From an uncultured Desulfospira sp. (GTDB lineage: Bacteria > Desulfobacterota > Desulfobacteria > Desulfobacterales > Desulfobacteraceae): a stretch of 64,000 nucleotides of DNA. The stretch is taken from the NCBI GenBank assembly GCA_963663165.1, contig OY760175.1:1504001-1568000 (forward strand). Direction: 5' to 3'. This document shows, one piece after another, positions 46,164-56,693 of the stretch (position 1 is the first letter of the stretch; every line of letters starts with the position of its first letter). A model generated the notes under the pieces. The model did not search any database and was not told the DNA's origin. It was given only the letters and a program-made list of their open reading frames with translations. The position numbers were made by a program, and so were the translations under genes.

Positions 46164-47452
46164 TACTTTTCCAAACCCGCCATGACGTCCTGTGCCGCCG
46201 CCACCGTATCCGCTATGTCCTGGTCTGTATGGGCAAGGCTGATAAAACAGGCCTCAAACTGTGACGGTGCCAGATAAACCCCCCTTTCCAACATTCCCCG
46301 GTAAAAGGCGGCAAACCGCTCCAGGCGGCAGGTCTTGGCGTCATCAAAATTATGGACGGCACGATCTGTAAAAAAGAACCCGGCCATGGAGCCCACGTGG
46401 CCGGCCTGAAACGGAATCCCGGCCGTGTCGGCCGCACTTTGAAAGCCCTCAATCAGGGTTTTTGTTTTATGGTTTAACGCCTCATAGACCCCGTCTTTTT
46501 GAAGTGCGGTCAGGGTGGCAATACCGGCGGCCATGGCCAGCGGGTTCCCGGAAAGGGTGCCGGCCTGGTAAATGGATCCGGTGGGGGCAATGGCATCCAT
46601 GATCTGGCGTCTTCCGCCATAGGCACCCACGGGCAGACCGCCGCCAATGACCTTGCCAAAACAGGACAAATCCGGGGTAATCTTGAACAAGCCCTGGGCA
46701 GACCCTTTATGGACCCGGAAGCCGGTCATGACTTCATCAAAAATCAGCAGGGTCCCGTGTTTTCGGGTCAGTTCCCGCAGGGTTTCCAGAAACCCGTCCA
46801 CCGGCTCAACCATGCCCATATTGCCGGCCACAGGTTCGAGAATCACGCAGGCCACCTGATCTCCCATCTTTTCCATGACTGCGGCAAAACCGTCAATGTC
46901 ATTATAGGTCAAGGAAAGGGTATTTTTGATCACCGGCTCCGGAACCCCGGGGCTGCCCGGAATTCCCAGGGTGGCAACACCAGAGCCCGCCGCCACCAGC
47001 AGGGTATCGGCATGGCCATGATAGCACCCGTCAAACTTAATGATGATATCCCGGCCGGTATATCCCCTGGCCAGGCGGACGGCGCTCATGGTGGCCTCGG
47101 TGCCGGAGTTAACCATCCGGACCATTTCCACAGACGGAACCATCTGCGTTACCAGGGTGGCCAACCGGGTTTCAAGGGCTGTGGGCGCCCCGAAGCTGGT
47201 CCCGGTTTCCAGTACCTCTTTTAAGGCATCAATGACCTCAGGGGGACGATGCCCCAAGATAAGCGGTCCCCAGGAAAGGACATAGTCGATATATGAATTT
47301 CCATCGGCATCATAGAGCCTGGCCTTTTCCCCTTTTTCAATAAACAGCGGCTGTCCCCCGACAGAGCTGCAGGCCCTTACCGGTGAGTTCACCCCGCCGG
47401 GGATCACTTCCCTGGCACCTTTAAACAACTGGTCTGATTTTATCTTCAACAT
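46163..47452 (-). CDS. hemL: Glutamate-1-semialdehyde 2,1-aminomutase
   Basis: [55 protein letters not shown]. Confidence 0.97.
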   Translation of the reverse strand: MLKIKSDQLFKGAREVIPGGVNSPVRACSSVGGQPLFIEKGEKARLYDADGNSYIDYVLSWGPLILGHRPPEVIDALKEVLETGTSFGAPTALETRLATLVTQMVPSVEMVRMVNSGTEATMSAVRLARGYTGRDIIIKFDGCYHGHADTLLVAAGSGVATLGIPGSPGVPEPVIKNTLSLTYNDIDGFAAVMEKMGDQVACVILEPVAGNMGMVEPVDGFLETLRELTRKHGTLLIFDEVMTGFRVHKGSAQGLFKITPDLSCFGKVIGGGLPVGAYGGRRQIMDAIAPTGSIYQAGTLSGNPLAMAAGIATLTALQKDGVYEALNHKTKTLIEGFQSAADTAGIPFQAGHVGSMAGFFFTDRAVHNFDDAKTCRLERFAAFYRGMLERGVYLAPSQFEACFISLAHTDQDIADTVAAAQDVMAGLEK

Positions 47453-47805
47453 TTAATATCTCCATAACCGTCATAAACAGGTTAACTTTTAACCCCCCAG
47501 GCTGCCGCCATAATCCCGATTAAATATTGTGACCGACAGATTAATGGCTGACAGCTAAAGTATTCGAATATATCAAACCCGGCTTTACAGGGTCAATGGT
47601 TTATTCACCACTCAAACCCCGTTCGCAAAACCATCCGGAACGCCTTCTTTTCATTGGCTAATCATCGCATATCTTATTAATTTTCAAATAGATACGCCCA
47701 TTAAAGCGGATTAAAAACCCAAAAAGAAACCATCCCCAAACCAAATCCTAAAAAATCATTGACAATCAGAAAAATCGCTGGTATTTTTCCAAAGTTTTTT
47801 TCCTG

Positions 47806-47881
47806 GGGCCATTAGCTCAATTGGTAGAGCAACTGACTCTTAATCAGTAGGTCCACCGTTCGATCCGGTGATGGCCCACCA
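47806..47881 (+). tRNA. tRNA-Lys (CTT)
   Basis: GGGCCATTAGCTCAATTGGTAGAGC, anticodon arm CTGAC-T-CTT-AA-TCAG, GTTCGA, ACCA end. Confidence 0.96.
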
Positions 47882-47890
47882 TGAAATCAC

Positions 47891-47926
47891 AAGGCTTTCA
47901 GCGATTTTCTGCTGAAAGCCTTTTTT
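47891..47926 (+). terminator. Intrinsic terminator after tRNA-Lys
   Basis: AAGGCTTTCAGC-loop-GCTGAAAGCCTTTTTT. Confidence 0.85.
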
Positions 47927-48123
47927 ATTTGACATACCTTCTTGTCCCCATTTTTTAATCTATGGGGACTGGTCCCCACTCGCAAGGCCGTGGTGTTTTC
48001 TTGACTCGGCCATCCACTTTCTAATCCTCTTTGGGATTATCGTTCATTCAGGCATATACTTTTGCGTCTGGCCCGGCCTTGATACCATAATTTTAAGTCT
48101 TTCCCTTTCAAATAAAATGGGGC

Positions 48124-48168
48124 CCCGATAGTCGTTCACCCGATAGTCGTTCACCCGATAGTCGTTCA
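48124..48168. repeat. 15-bp tandem repeat x3
   Basis: (CCCGATAGTCGTTCA)3. Confidence 0.9.
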
Positions 48169-48338
48169 ATTTACCGCACGAAAACAGAACCACAACAAAA
48201 ATATATTTTTATTCCATCGGTAACTCGGAAAGGGAACAGATTGGAATGGTAGCTTCGGAATTTAAAAAAGGCTCACCCCCAATCCCCACACCAAACAAAA
48301 AAGCTCTCAGGGGAAACCCCTAAGAGCCTTGTTATCAG

Positions 48339-48415
<77 letters not shown>

Positions 48416-48522
48416 AACAAAAAGGCTTTTTACCAAATACCGGTGTTTTTGGCAAGATAAAAAACCGGCATATTGTACATTTTTGAACCGGGATCGGTAA
48501 AAATCCCATAACCTGTTCCAGG

Positions 48523-48741
48523 CTAATCCGCCTCGGGCAAATGGGTATCATCTTCCATCCGGGCGTGGAAAAGCTGGTTTTCATTTGCCCTGATGAGTTT
48601 CTGGCAGTGAGGGCAGACCATTTTCAGGTTCTGGACGTTTCCTTTGAATAAAAACCGGGAACAGAACGGGCAGTGGTATCTTTTTAAACTGTGGTCGCTT
48701 TCCATGGGCGGGATAATGGGAGTGGGCTTTTCCTGGTTCAT
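48523..48741 (-). CDS. Small zinc-ribbon protein (Com-like)
   Basis: RYHCPFCSRFLF...MVCPHC. Confidence 0.65.
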   Translation of the reverse strand: MNQEKPTPIIPPMESDHSLKRYHCPFCSRFLFKGNVQNLKMVCPHCQKLIRANENQLFHARMEDDTHLPEAD

Positions 48742-48995
48742 GCTGTCTTCTCTTCTGCTTTGGCTTTTAAAAGAGGATCTGGATCCGCAATTCTTGCTTT
48801 CATCTGTTTATACGGTTTTGCTGTAAAACTGTTCCGAGTTGTAAACTGGTACAAGAATATAGCGTTTTTCAGCAGAGTCAAGAAAATTGATGTCATCGGG
48901 CCAAGATAACTTTTTGGTAAAAATATATTCCTTTTATCAGGCCGTTGATAATGGTATATTTAACTTTTTATAAAAACCCATCAAAGGTCCGTGGA

Positions 48996-49961
48996 ATGAA
49001 AAAAGAGCCCGATCAGACAAATCTTCCGGAAGAAAAAAAGAAACTGACAAAAGAAGATTTTCTTGTGCCGGTGTCCAAGGCCAAGACTTCGAGTTCCAAA
49101 GCGCTTGTCAAATCTGACCCTGTCCAGAGTTATTTAAATGAAATCAACCGGTACCGACTGTTGACCAGGGAAGAAGAAATTGAACTGGGCAAAAGAATAC
49201 AGGAAGACGAGGATCAGGAAGCCGCCTATATCATGACCACCTCCAATTTGAGGCTGGTGGTTAAAATCGCCCTGGAATTTCAAAGGATCTGGATGCAGAA
49301 CCTTTTAGACTTGATCCAGGAAGGCAACATCGGACTGGTCCAGGCCGTGAAAAAATTCAACCCCTATAAGAATGTCAAATTCTCCTATTATGCATCTTTC
49401 TGGATCAAGGCCTATATTCTCAAATTTATCATGGATAACTGGCGCATGGTCAAAATCGGCACCACCCAGGGCCAGCGAAAGTTGTTTTTCCGGTTAAAAA
49501 AAGAAAAACAGCTCCTGATTGAGCAGGGCTTTGACCCCAAACCCAAGCTGCTGTCCCAAAGGCTCGGGGTATCGGAAAAAGAGGTCATTGACATGGACCA
49601 GCGGCTGGCCAACTGGGATTTGTCTCTGGATGAACCCTTAAAAGATGATTCCAACACCGAAAGAATTGAATTTGTAAATGTTGAGGCTGAATCCTCTGAA
49701 GACCAGGTGGCCAAAAAAGAGATTGAAGATATTCTTCACACCAAAGTGAATACCTTCAAAAAAACCCTCAATGAAAGGGAGCTTGAAATTTTTGAACGGC
49801 GTATTTTTTCAGACAGCCCTGAAACCTTGCAGGAAATAGGACAGGAATATGCCATTTCACGGGAACGGGTCCGGCAGATCGAAAACAATATCTTAAAAAA
49901 GATGAAAGAATATTTTAAAAAGGATATGCCCGACTTTGATATGTACGATCACAGCCAGTAA
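48996..49961 (+). CDS. rpoH: Sigma70-family factor, RpoH-like
   Basis: NLRLVVKIA, DLIQEGNIGL, SYYASFWIKA, RpoH-box-like QRKLFFRLK, SRERVRQIE. Confidence 0.82.
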   Translation: MKKEPDQTNLPEEKKKLTKEDFLVPVSKAKTSSSKALVKSDPVQSYLNEINRYRLLTREEEIELGKRIQEDEDQEAAYIMTTSNLRLVVKIALEFQRIWMQNLLDLIQEGNIGLVQAVKKFNPYKNVKFSYYASFWIKAYILKFIMDNWRMVKIGTTQGQRKLFFRLKKEKQLLIEQGFDPKPKLLSQRLGVSEKEVIDMDQRLANWDLSLDEPLKDDSNTERIEFVNVEAESSEDQVAKKEIEDILHTKVNTFKKTLNERELEIFERRIFSDSPETLQEIGQEYAISRERVRQIENNILKKMKEYFKKDMPDFDMYDHSQ

Positions 49962-49992
49962 ATCCTCTAAAAAAAAATAAGTGACTGTATCC

Positions 49993-51798
49993 ATGAAAAG
50001 TGCCTTTGCCTCTTTATTGACTGCGTTGCTCATCATCATCTCAGGATGTGCCAAAACTTCAGGGACCCCTGATCTGGTTAAATCTGATCTTCCGGGCCCT
50101 AAGGAAACCGCAGATCTTGAAAATGAGCTTTCAGCCAAATATCTCTATCTTGAATCCAGGATCCACCTTCAGGAAGGCCGGCTTGAACAGGCCGTGTCCG
50201 TGCTGGGGAAAGCCATTGAGAAAGACCCGGAATCCAGTTTGCTCAAACGGGATTTGATCCGGCTTTTTCTCCAGCAGGGCCGGAAGCAGCAGGCCCGTGA
50301 ACTGGCTGAAAAGCTGGTGAAACAGGAACCTGAGAACATTGACAACCTGATGCTCCTGGTCCGGTTTCTGGACGGTGACAACCCCTATGGAGAACAGGAC
50401 AAAGAACTGACGGCCCTGCTCAATAAAATTCTGGATCTGGCCCCGGACAAAAAAGAACCCTACCTGCGGCTGGGCAAGATATATATGGAAACCGAACAGT
50501 TTGCCAAGGCCCTTGACCTGTTTACCGGCATGGTTCAGGAATTCCCGGATTATTATGTGGCCCATTTTTATTTGGGGGAGGCCGATATCCTGACCGGAAA
50601 TTTCGGTGCTGCCAGGAAAGCATTCCTAAAAAGCCTGGAACTTGAGCCCAACCTGATTGAGGCAAGATTCAGGCTTGCCGACATATACCGGCTGGAAAAC
50701 AAATCGGAAGGGACGGCCATGCCCCCGGTCGTTCAGGAAAAGGTGCTGGCCTTGTACCGGAAAATCCTTGAGATAGAACCGGATAATTTTATGGCCCAAT
50801 TTGAAACCGCCATTCTTCACTATAAGGCCAAGCAATTCCAGCAGGCACAAAAAATATTCATCCAGCTTTCCCGGGAAGCCCAGACAGACTCCCGGCCGGC
50901 CATGGTGGCACTTGAAACCTTTTTATCCGACAAACGCAGCCAGGACGCCGCCATTGCCTTTTCCCAGCTTGTAAAGGCGGCACCGGACAATGACATGCTT
51001 CATTTTCTGGCGGGCATGGCTTATGAATCGGCCAAAGCGTATGACCAGGCCATTAACCATTATCTTCAGGTGGGCCCGGATCACCCGGATTACAAAAAAG
51101 CCCTCTTCACCGTTGCCTTTTTGTACCGGGACACGGACCAGACCCCAAAGGCGGTGTCGTTTCTGGAAAGCCACCACCAGCAAGATCCCAAAGATGCGGA
51201 TATTGTCTTATACCTGTCGTCTCTCTATGAAAGGACCGGGGAACTGGACAAGGCCCTGCCCATGCTCAAGCAGTCGGTTCTGGACGCCCCTGAAAATACG
51301 GTTTTGCTCTTCCGGCTCGGGACCGTTCAGGACCTTACGGGATTACGGCAAGACTGTATTGAGACCATGAAAGAGGTCATAAAGATTGACCCTGAACATG
51401 CCGGTGCCCTCAACTATCTTGGGTACACCTATGCGGAAATGGGCATTCATCTGGATCAGGCCATGGACCTGATCACCCGGGCACTGAGAATTCAACCCGA
51501 AGACGGGTACATCACCGACAGCTTAGGCTGGGTGTATTTTCAAAAACAAAACTATGAACAGGCCGTTATCTACCTTGAAAAAGCCGCCCGTCTGAGCAAT
51601 TATGAACCCATTATCGCCGGGCATCTGGCCGATGCCTACGTTAAAACCCGGCAATATCCCCAGGCCCTTTCAGCTTATAAGAAAGCGCTGGCCAACCTGA
51701 AAAAAAAGGATGAAAATAAAATCAGGGAACTTGAGAAAAAAATCCAACAGGTGGAACAGCATTTAGAACAGGAAAACCAACCGGCTCCTGTGGAATAA
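49993..51798 (+). CDS. TPR-repeat lipoprotein
   Basis: Lipobox ISGC; multiple TPRs; ALNYLGY...DSLGWVY. Confidence 0.85.
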   Translation: MKSAFASLLTALLIIISGCAKTSGTPDLVKSDLPGPKETADLENELSAKYLYLESRIHLQEGRLEQAVSVLGKAIEKDPESSLLKRDLIRLFLQQGRKQQARELAEKLVKQEPENIDNLMLLVRFLDGDNPYGEQDKELTALLNKILDLAPDKKEPYLRLGKIYMETEQFAKALDLFTGMVQEFPDYYVAHFYLGEADILTGNFGAARKAFLKSLELEPNLIEARFRLADIYRLENKSEGTAMPPVVQEKVLALYRKILEIEPDNFMAQFETAILHYKAKQFQQAQKIFIQLSREAQTDSRPAMVALETFLSDKRSQDAAIAFSQLVKAAPDNDMLHFLAGMAYESAKAYDQAINHYLQVGPDHPDYKKALFTVAFLYRDTDQTPKAVSFLESHHQQDPKDADIVLYLSSLYERTGELDKALPMLKQSVLDAPENTVLLFRLGTVQDLTGLRQDCIETMKEVIKIDPEHAGALNYLGYTYAEMGIHLDQAMDLITRALRIQPEDGYITDSLGWVYFQKQNYEQAVIYLEKAARLSNYEPIIAGHLADAYVKTRQYPQALSAYKKALANLKKKDENKIRELEKKIQQVEQHLEQENQPAPVE

Positions 51799-51809
51799 CA
51801 GTCATCCCC

Positions 51810-51908
51810 TAAAGGGCAGGAACCAGACTGGCTTAAGTGTTCCCGTCTTAAGCATCGGTCCACAATGAAAAATGAAAGTCTTTTCAACTTGGTTAAAGGA
51901 CTTCCATA
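51810..51908 (+). repeat. Diverged copy of the 90-bp two-hairpin element
   Basis: ...AGCATCGGTCCACAATGAAAAATGAAAGTCTTTTCA...GACTTCCATA. Confidence 0.65.
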
Positions 51909-51933
51909 AACTGCACACGAAAGCCGTTTTCAA

Positions 51934-52698
51934 ATGAAACATCCCAGGCTTTATGCGCCATTTTTTTTATTTCTGATTTTCCTTATTTCAGGATGCGGGC
52001 CAAAGCGGCCTGAAACCGATCCCGGCCAGGATCAGAAAGCCGGCCAGACCGCCTTTGCCCTGTTGTCCCGGAATCAGGAAATAAAGACCAGCAAAGGCGT
52101 GGCCTGGGTCCGCCTTGACACAGACAGCCGAAAAGATAAATTCAGGCTGGCCTGGATTGTCCAGGCCCCGGACAGGGCAAGACTCACCCTTCTTTCCTCC
52201 GGCATTTTATATGAAACCATCATTGCGGACGGGACAGCGGTCCGGTTCATCTCCCATACCAATGAACACAAGCCGTACACCACCCATGTGTCAGATCCTG
52301 ACATGGAAAAATTGATCCATATTCCCATTAAGCTTTCCGAAATTATCTTAATCCTGTCCGGCCGGCTTCCGGTCACGGAATTTGACGATGCCTGGTTTTC
52401 CTCAGATCCCCCTGACCAGACCCGGATTTCACTTAAAAAGAAGGATTCAACATCTCTTTATCAGCTCGAACTTGATTCTTCCGGAATTCTCCGGCACCTG
52501 ACCGCCCAAAAAAGGAACCAGGCGTTTCTATACGGTATTGAGTACCGTTCATGGGAAAAAATCCAGGGATACAACGTCCCGACGGCTCTGACAATAAAAG
52601 ACCGGATAGAAAGGACCTTGCACCTTGAAATGTCGACCTTTCAGATCAACGTTTCCATAAAAGAGGGGGTATTCTGGTTGACAGAACCGGGATCATGA
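51934..52698 (+). CDS. Lipoprotein, LolB/DUF4292-like
   Basis: Lipobox ISGC; position after a TPR gene; beta-rich pattern. Confidence 0.6.
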   Translation: MKHPRLYAPFFLFLIFLISGCGPKRPETDPGQDQKAGQTAFALLSRNQEIKTSKGVAWVRLDTDSRKDKFRLAWIVQAPDRARLTLLSSGILYETIIADGTAVRFISHTNEHKPYTTHVSDPDMEKLIHIPIKLSEIILILSGRLPVTEFDDAWFSSDPPDQTRISLKKKDSTSLYQLELDSSGILRHLTAQKRNQAFLYGIEYRSWEKIQGYNVPTALTIKDRIERTLHLEMSTFQINVSIKEGVFWLTEPGS

Positions 52699-52754
52699 CC
52701 ATAATCTAACCAGTTTTTAACCGGTCCCTCTTATTTTAAGGAGATGCAAATATC

Positions 52755-53630
52755 ATGATTCACGACAGTGTAGACAAGGCAAAACAAAGCGGCGGATGCC
52801 CCTCCCAGAACAACCCTCAGGCAGCTAAACAGCGGGAACAAGAGGCCATGATCAAAGCTTCCCTGGCCAAAATCAAACATAAAATTTTTGTTTTAAGCGG
52901 CAAAGGCGGCGTTGGAAAGAGCAGTGTGTCCGCCAACCTGGCCGCCAGTCTCTCCAGACAGGGATATCAAACCGGCCTGATGGACGTTGATGTCCACGGC
53001 CCCTCCATAGGCCAGATGCTGGGAATGAAAGAGCTTCTGGACATTTCCCAGGACCAGAAAATGCTCATTCCCCAAAAAATCACTGAAACCCTTAAAGCGG
53101 TATCGGTCCAGGCCCTGATGCAGGACAAGGATCAGGCCATTATCTGGCGGGGACCGGCCAAAACCGGCATCATCCAGCAGTTTGTGGGATCCGTTGACTG
53201 GGGGGAACTGGACTTTCTGGTCATTGACGCGCCTCCGGGTACCGGAGACGAGCCCCTCACCGTTGTCCAGAACATCCCCGAAGCGTTGGGCATCATCGTC
53301 ACCACCCCCCAGGAGGTGGCCCTGGCCGATATCCGCAAATCCATCTCATTTTGCAAAACCGTAAAACTCAAAACCCTGGGCATTGTAGAAAACATGTCCG
53401 GGTTCAGATGTCCCCACTGCAACCAGGTCATTGACCTGTTCTCCACCGGCGGCGGCGAGAAAACCGCCAAGGCCCAGGGACTTACCTTTCTGGGGGCCAT
53501 CCCCTTTGACACCCAGGTGGTGGCATCGGGCGATTCCGGTGTTCCCTTGATGCTCCAGGACAAGGAAACTCAATTTTCAAAGGCGTTTCAAACCATCGTG
53601 GACAACATTTTAAAACAGATCAACCCATAA
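52755..53630 (+). CDS. Mrp/NBP35 (ApbC) Fe-S carrier ATPase
   Basis: SGKGGVGKS, DVHGPS, IWRG, DAPPGTGDE, ENMS..CPHC. Confidence 0.93.
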   Translation: MIHDSVDKAKQSGGCPSQNNPQAAKQREQEAMIKASLAKIKHKIFVLSGKGGVGKSSVSANLAASLSRQGYQTGLMDVDVHGPSIGQMLGMKELLDISQDQKMLIPQKITETLKAVSVQALMQDKDQAIIWRGPAKTGIIQQFVGSVDWGELDFLVIDAPPGTGDEPLTVVQNIPEALGIIVTTPQEVALADIRKSISFCKTVKLKTLGIVENMSGFRCPHCNQVIDLFSTGGGEKTAKAQGLTFLGAIPFDTQVVASGDSGVPLMLQDKETQFSKAFQTIVDNILKQINP

Positions 53631-53659
53631 GATCAGCGGCAAAATTTTTTTCAAAACCC

Positions 53660-54850
53660 ATGGCCGTGTCGGAGCCGCTTTTGGAAAACATTTTTAAACA
53701 GGGCGGGGAACTAAAAAAACTTCTGAATTCAAGGGAGATAAATGATTTTAGGTCCCCGGCCTGTTTTTCAGCCAATGCCCTGCGGCGCAAAACAGAAACC
53801 CGCCAGGAAAACGACTACCGCCAGTCCTTCAGCATTGATGCCGACCGGATTCTAAACTCCCTTGCCTTTACCCGGTACATTGATAAAACCCAGGTTTTTT
53901 CCCTGATCCAGAACGACCATTTAACCCACCGGGTTCTCCATGTCCAGCTGGTATCCCGGGTGGCCCGGACCATCGGGCGCTACTTAGGGCTCAACCAGGA
54001 TCTCATTGAAGCGGCCGCGTTAGGCCACGACATCGGCCACCCCCCTTTCGGACATGACGGGGAGGGGTTCTTATCGCGCCTGACAAAGGCCTGCGGGGCC
54101 GGGTATTTTCATCACAACCTTCAAAGCATCCAGTCTTTAGATAAGATTGAAAGAAAGGGACAGGGCTGGAACCTGAGCCTTCAGACCCTGGACGCCATTG
54201 CCTGCCATAACGGAGAGGTCCATTCCCGGAAACTGGTTCCGGAAAACTCCCGGTCTTTTAAAGATTTTGATCTGATGATTGAACAGATGAAAACAAAGCC
54301 GGCCTGTAATGTGATCCCCATGACCCTTGAAGGATGCGTGGTCCGCATGGCAGACACCATATCTTACGTGGGAAGGGATCTTGAGGACGGTATCCGGCTT
54401 GGTGTGGTAAAACGGGAGCAGGTCCCCGAAGAATGTGCCAAAACCCTTGGCCAGACCAACGGCACCATCGTGTTCAACCTGGTAACCGATCTGATTTCCA
54501 ACAGCATTGACCAGCCCTTTATCCGATTTTCTGAAAATGCCGCCCACGCCCTTTTAACCCTTAAACAATTTAATTACAAACACATATACAAAAACCCGCT
54601 TATCAAAAAACATCTGACCACCATTGAGGATATCTTTAAATTCCTGTTTGAAAAATTTCTTGAAGACCTGAATACCGGGAACCAGGACTCGGTTATTTTC
54701 AAAGAATTTCTCATTGACATGGACGACACCTACCCCAATGCCTTTTCACCCCCTGAAATTGTCCGGGATTTTATCTCCGGAATGACCGATTCCTACTTTA
54801 TCCGGCAGGCCCCGGAATCAATGCGGCCCAGGGTCATCGACCATGTTTAA
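53660..54850 (+). CDS. HD-domain dGTP triphosphohydrolase-like protein
   Basis: DADRI...KTQVF, HDIGHPPFGH.GE, AD.ISY...D.ED, DFISGMTD. Confidence 0.88.
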   Translation: MAVSEPLLENIFKQGGELKKLLNSREINDFRSPACFSANALRRKTETRQENDYRQSFSIDADRILNSLAFTRYIDKTQVFSLIQNDHLTHRVLHVQLVSRVARTIGRYLGLNQDLIEAAALGHDIGHPPFGHDGEGFLSRLTKACGAGYFHHNLQSIQSLDKIERKGQGWNLSLQTLDAIACHNGEVHSRKLVPENSRSFKDFDLMIEQMKTKPACNVIPMTLEGCVVRMADTISYVGRDLEDGIRLGVVKREQVPEECAKTLGQTNGTIVFNLVTDLISNSIDQPFIRFSENAAHALLTLKQFNYKHIYKNPLIKKHLTTIEDIFKFLFEKFLEDLNTGNQDSVIFKEFLIDMDDTYPNAFSPPEIVRDFISGMTDSYFIRQAPESMRPRVIDHV

Positions 54851-55571
54851 AGACCGGGACACCTATCGAAAGCTTCACCGCAAAAAGGGGCTGGTCTCCT
54901 TTGATATCACGGTCAGTCAAACCAACCTGAACATCCAGGCAGAACAGAACCTGTCCCGGCAAGCCGTATCTGCCGCCTTAAAATACAGGACATACATTGA
55001 AACCCACATTAAGTCTCACCCCAAGTTTTCGTCCTCTTTTTCTCCATTGCCCCTGCCCGGCTTTGTGCCGGCCATCGTCAAAGACATGTATGACGCCGGG
55101 CTTAAAGCCGGCACAGGCCCCATGGCCGCCGTGGCAGGCGCCCTGTCGGAATCTGTGGGAAAAGCACTGTTAGACCTGTCCGGGGAAGTGATTGTAGAAA
55201 ACGGGGGAGATATCTTTATTCGCTCAAATTCAGACACGACCTTTGGCGTGTTTGCCGGCAAATCCCCCTTGAGCATGAAAGCCGGCATCCAGGTCAAAGA
55301 AAGAAGCGCACCCTTTGGGCTGTGCACCTCGTCCGGCACCATCGGACACTCAAAAAGTTTCGGCAAAGCCGATGCCGTAACGGTTCTGTCTTCCTCCTGT
55401 GCCTTAGCCGATGCGGCCGCCACAGGGCTTTGCAACATGGTCAACACCCCTTTGGACATTGAAAAAGCCATTGACCGGGGAAAGCAGATCCCCGGTGTTG
55501 ACGGCCTTGTGGTGATCCTTGGAAAGCATATGGGATTGTGGGGGGACCTGGAATTGGTGCCGCTGACCTGA
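54843..55571 (+). CDS. UPF0280/ApbE-superfamily protein
   Basis: GPMAAVAGA, ENGGDI, CTSSGTIGHSKSFG.ADA, ADAAAT. Confidence 0.88.
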   Translation: MFKDRDTYRKLHRKKGLVSFDITVSQTNLNIQAEQNLSRQAVSAALKYRTYIETHIKSHPKFSSSFSPLPLPGFVPAIVKDMYDAGLKAGTGPMAAVAGALSESVGKALLDLSGEVIVENGGDIFIRSNSDTTFGVFAGKSPLSMKAGIQVKERSAPFGLCTSSGTIGHSKSFGKADAVTVLSSSCALADAAATGLCNMVNTPLDIEKAIDRGKQIPGVDGLVVILGKHMGLWGDLELVPLT

Positions 55572-55707
55572 CCTGGATGTTGCGAGTCTGTAACGCGATG
55601 CGATTGGAGAGGACGATCGGCTATCTTCTGACCGATACCGCCCTTATGGATATATATTCAATTTTGTTGAAGGTTAAGAAAAGACAAACCGTCTGGCGCC
55701 ATTTTCC

Positions 55708-55881
55708 CTAAATGGCGAAGTCAAACTTAGTCTTAAATTCGGATATAATCTGGCTGCAGACTCCGGTCTGACTGTCCAAAGAAAATGACGGTGCTGAGGA
55801 GACTTCAATCAGCCAGGCCATGATCAGGACAGATACCATCACGGTCAGTACGGACAATAAAATCGCTTTTACCGGTTTCAT
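55708..55881 (-). CDS. 57-aa secreted/membrane small protein
   Basis: MKPVKAILLSVLTVMVSVLIMAWLIEVSS...; AAGGA RBS; sigma54-like site upstream. Confidence 0.6.
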   Translation of the reverse strand: MKPVKAILLSVLTVMVSVLIMAWLIEVSSAPSFSLDSQTGVCSQIISEFKTKFDFAI

Positions 55882-55937
55882 GATCTTTTTTCCTTTTCGT
55901 TGTAAAGGCCATTTTGATCTTGGCTGATAATTTTTAT

Positions 55938-55953
55938 TGCAAAAACCAGACCA
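55938..55953 (-). promoter_or_regulatory. Putative sigma54 promoter
   Basis: TGGTCTGGTTTTTGCA (GG-N10-GC). Confidence 0.55.
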
Positions 55954-56132
55954 GCGAAAAGGAGGAATGCGATTTTATATAAAAGTTATATAACAAACTG
56001 AATTAAAACAACTTTAGATTCACCCCCTTCCAAGGCAACCATTTTAAAAGAAAAAAAGCTGCCGCAACTATGAAAAAAAGGTAACAAATTACGGCAAAAA
56101 ATTAAGAAAAAAAGAACTTTTTTTCATACCGG

Positions 56133-56447
56133 TTATGCGGGTTTATTAACCGGCGCCTTTTTGGCGGGCAAACTTTTCTTGGCCGGTGCAGCGGGTTTGG
56201 CCCCTTTCGGTTTGCCGGGATTGATCCCCCTTAAAATGGAAATCAGGTCATTGCGCTTTTCAGCCATGACCAGGGAGACGGCCTCCATCTGGGACTCATT
56301 AAGACTGAGTTTTGAATCTTCAAGGAATTTGAGCAGATTGTCGGCAATATCAAGCATTTTATCATAGGCGTCTGCTTCTTTTTTTGTCGCAAATGTCATT
56401 TTTTCCTCTCCATTCCTGACCACAATATACTTTGTAATGACAGCCAT
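56133..56447 (-). CDS. YebG-family protein
   Basis: MAVITKYIVVRNGEEKMTFATKKEADAYDKMLD. Confidence 0.88.
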   Translation of the reverse strand: MAVITKYIVVRNGEEKMTFATKKEADAYDKMLDIADNLLKFLEDSKLSLNESQMEAVSLVMAEKRNDLISILRGINPGKPKGAKPAAPAKKSLPAKKAPVNKPA

Positions 56448-56470
56448 TTTTTCTCCTTCAAGGGTTGTGG

Positions 56471-56553
56471 TTAGATGTTAGCACTTAGCTGTTAGCTGTT
56501 AGCTGTTAGCTGTTAGCTGTTAGCTGTTAGCTGTTAGCTGTTAGCTGTTAGCT
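56471..56553. repeat. (TTAGCTG)9 perfect heptamer array with degenerate flanks
   Basis: Nine perfect units at 56485-56547. Confidence 0.95.
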
Positions 56554-56600
56554 TTAAAAAACCAGACATGGAAATTCTTTGTCAAGAACTTTATGGTTTT

Positions 56601-56692
56601 TATATGAAAGTCTCACTAACATCTTGAGAAGACTTCCATTATTTGTTGTGGGCGGTTCTTGGTTGGATAACCAGGGCGGCCCGTGGCCGTTA
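56601..56692 (-). repeat. 90-bp two-hairpin element
   Basis: Near-identical reverse complement of the 18851 unit; TA at both ends. Confidence 0.9.
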
Positions 56693-56693
56693 T

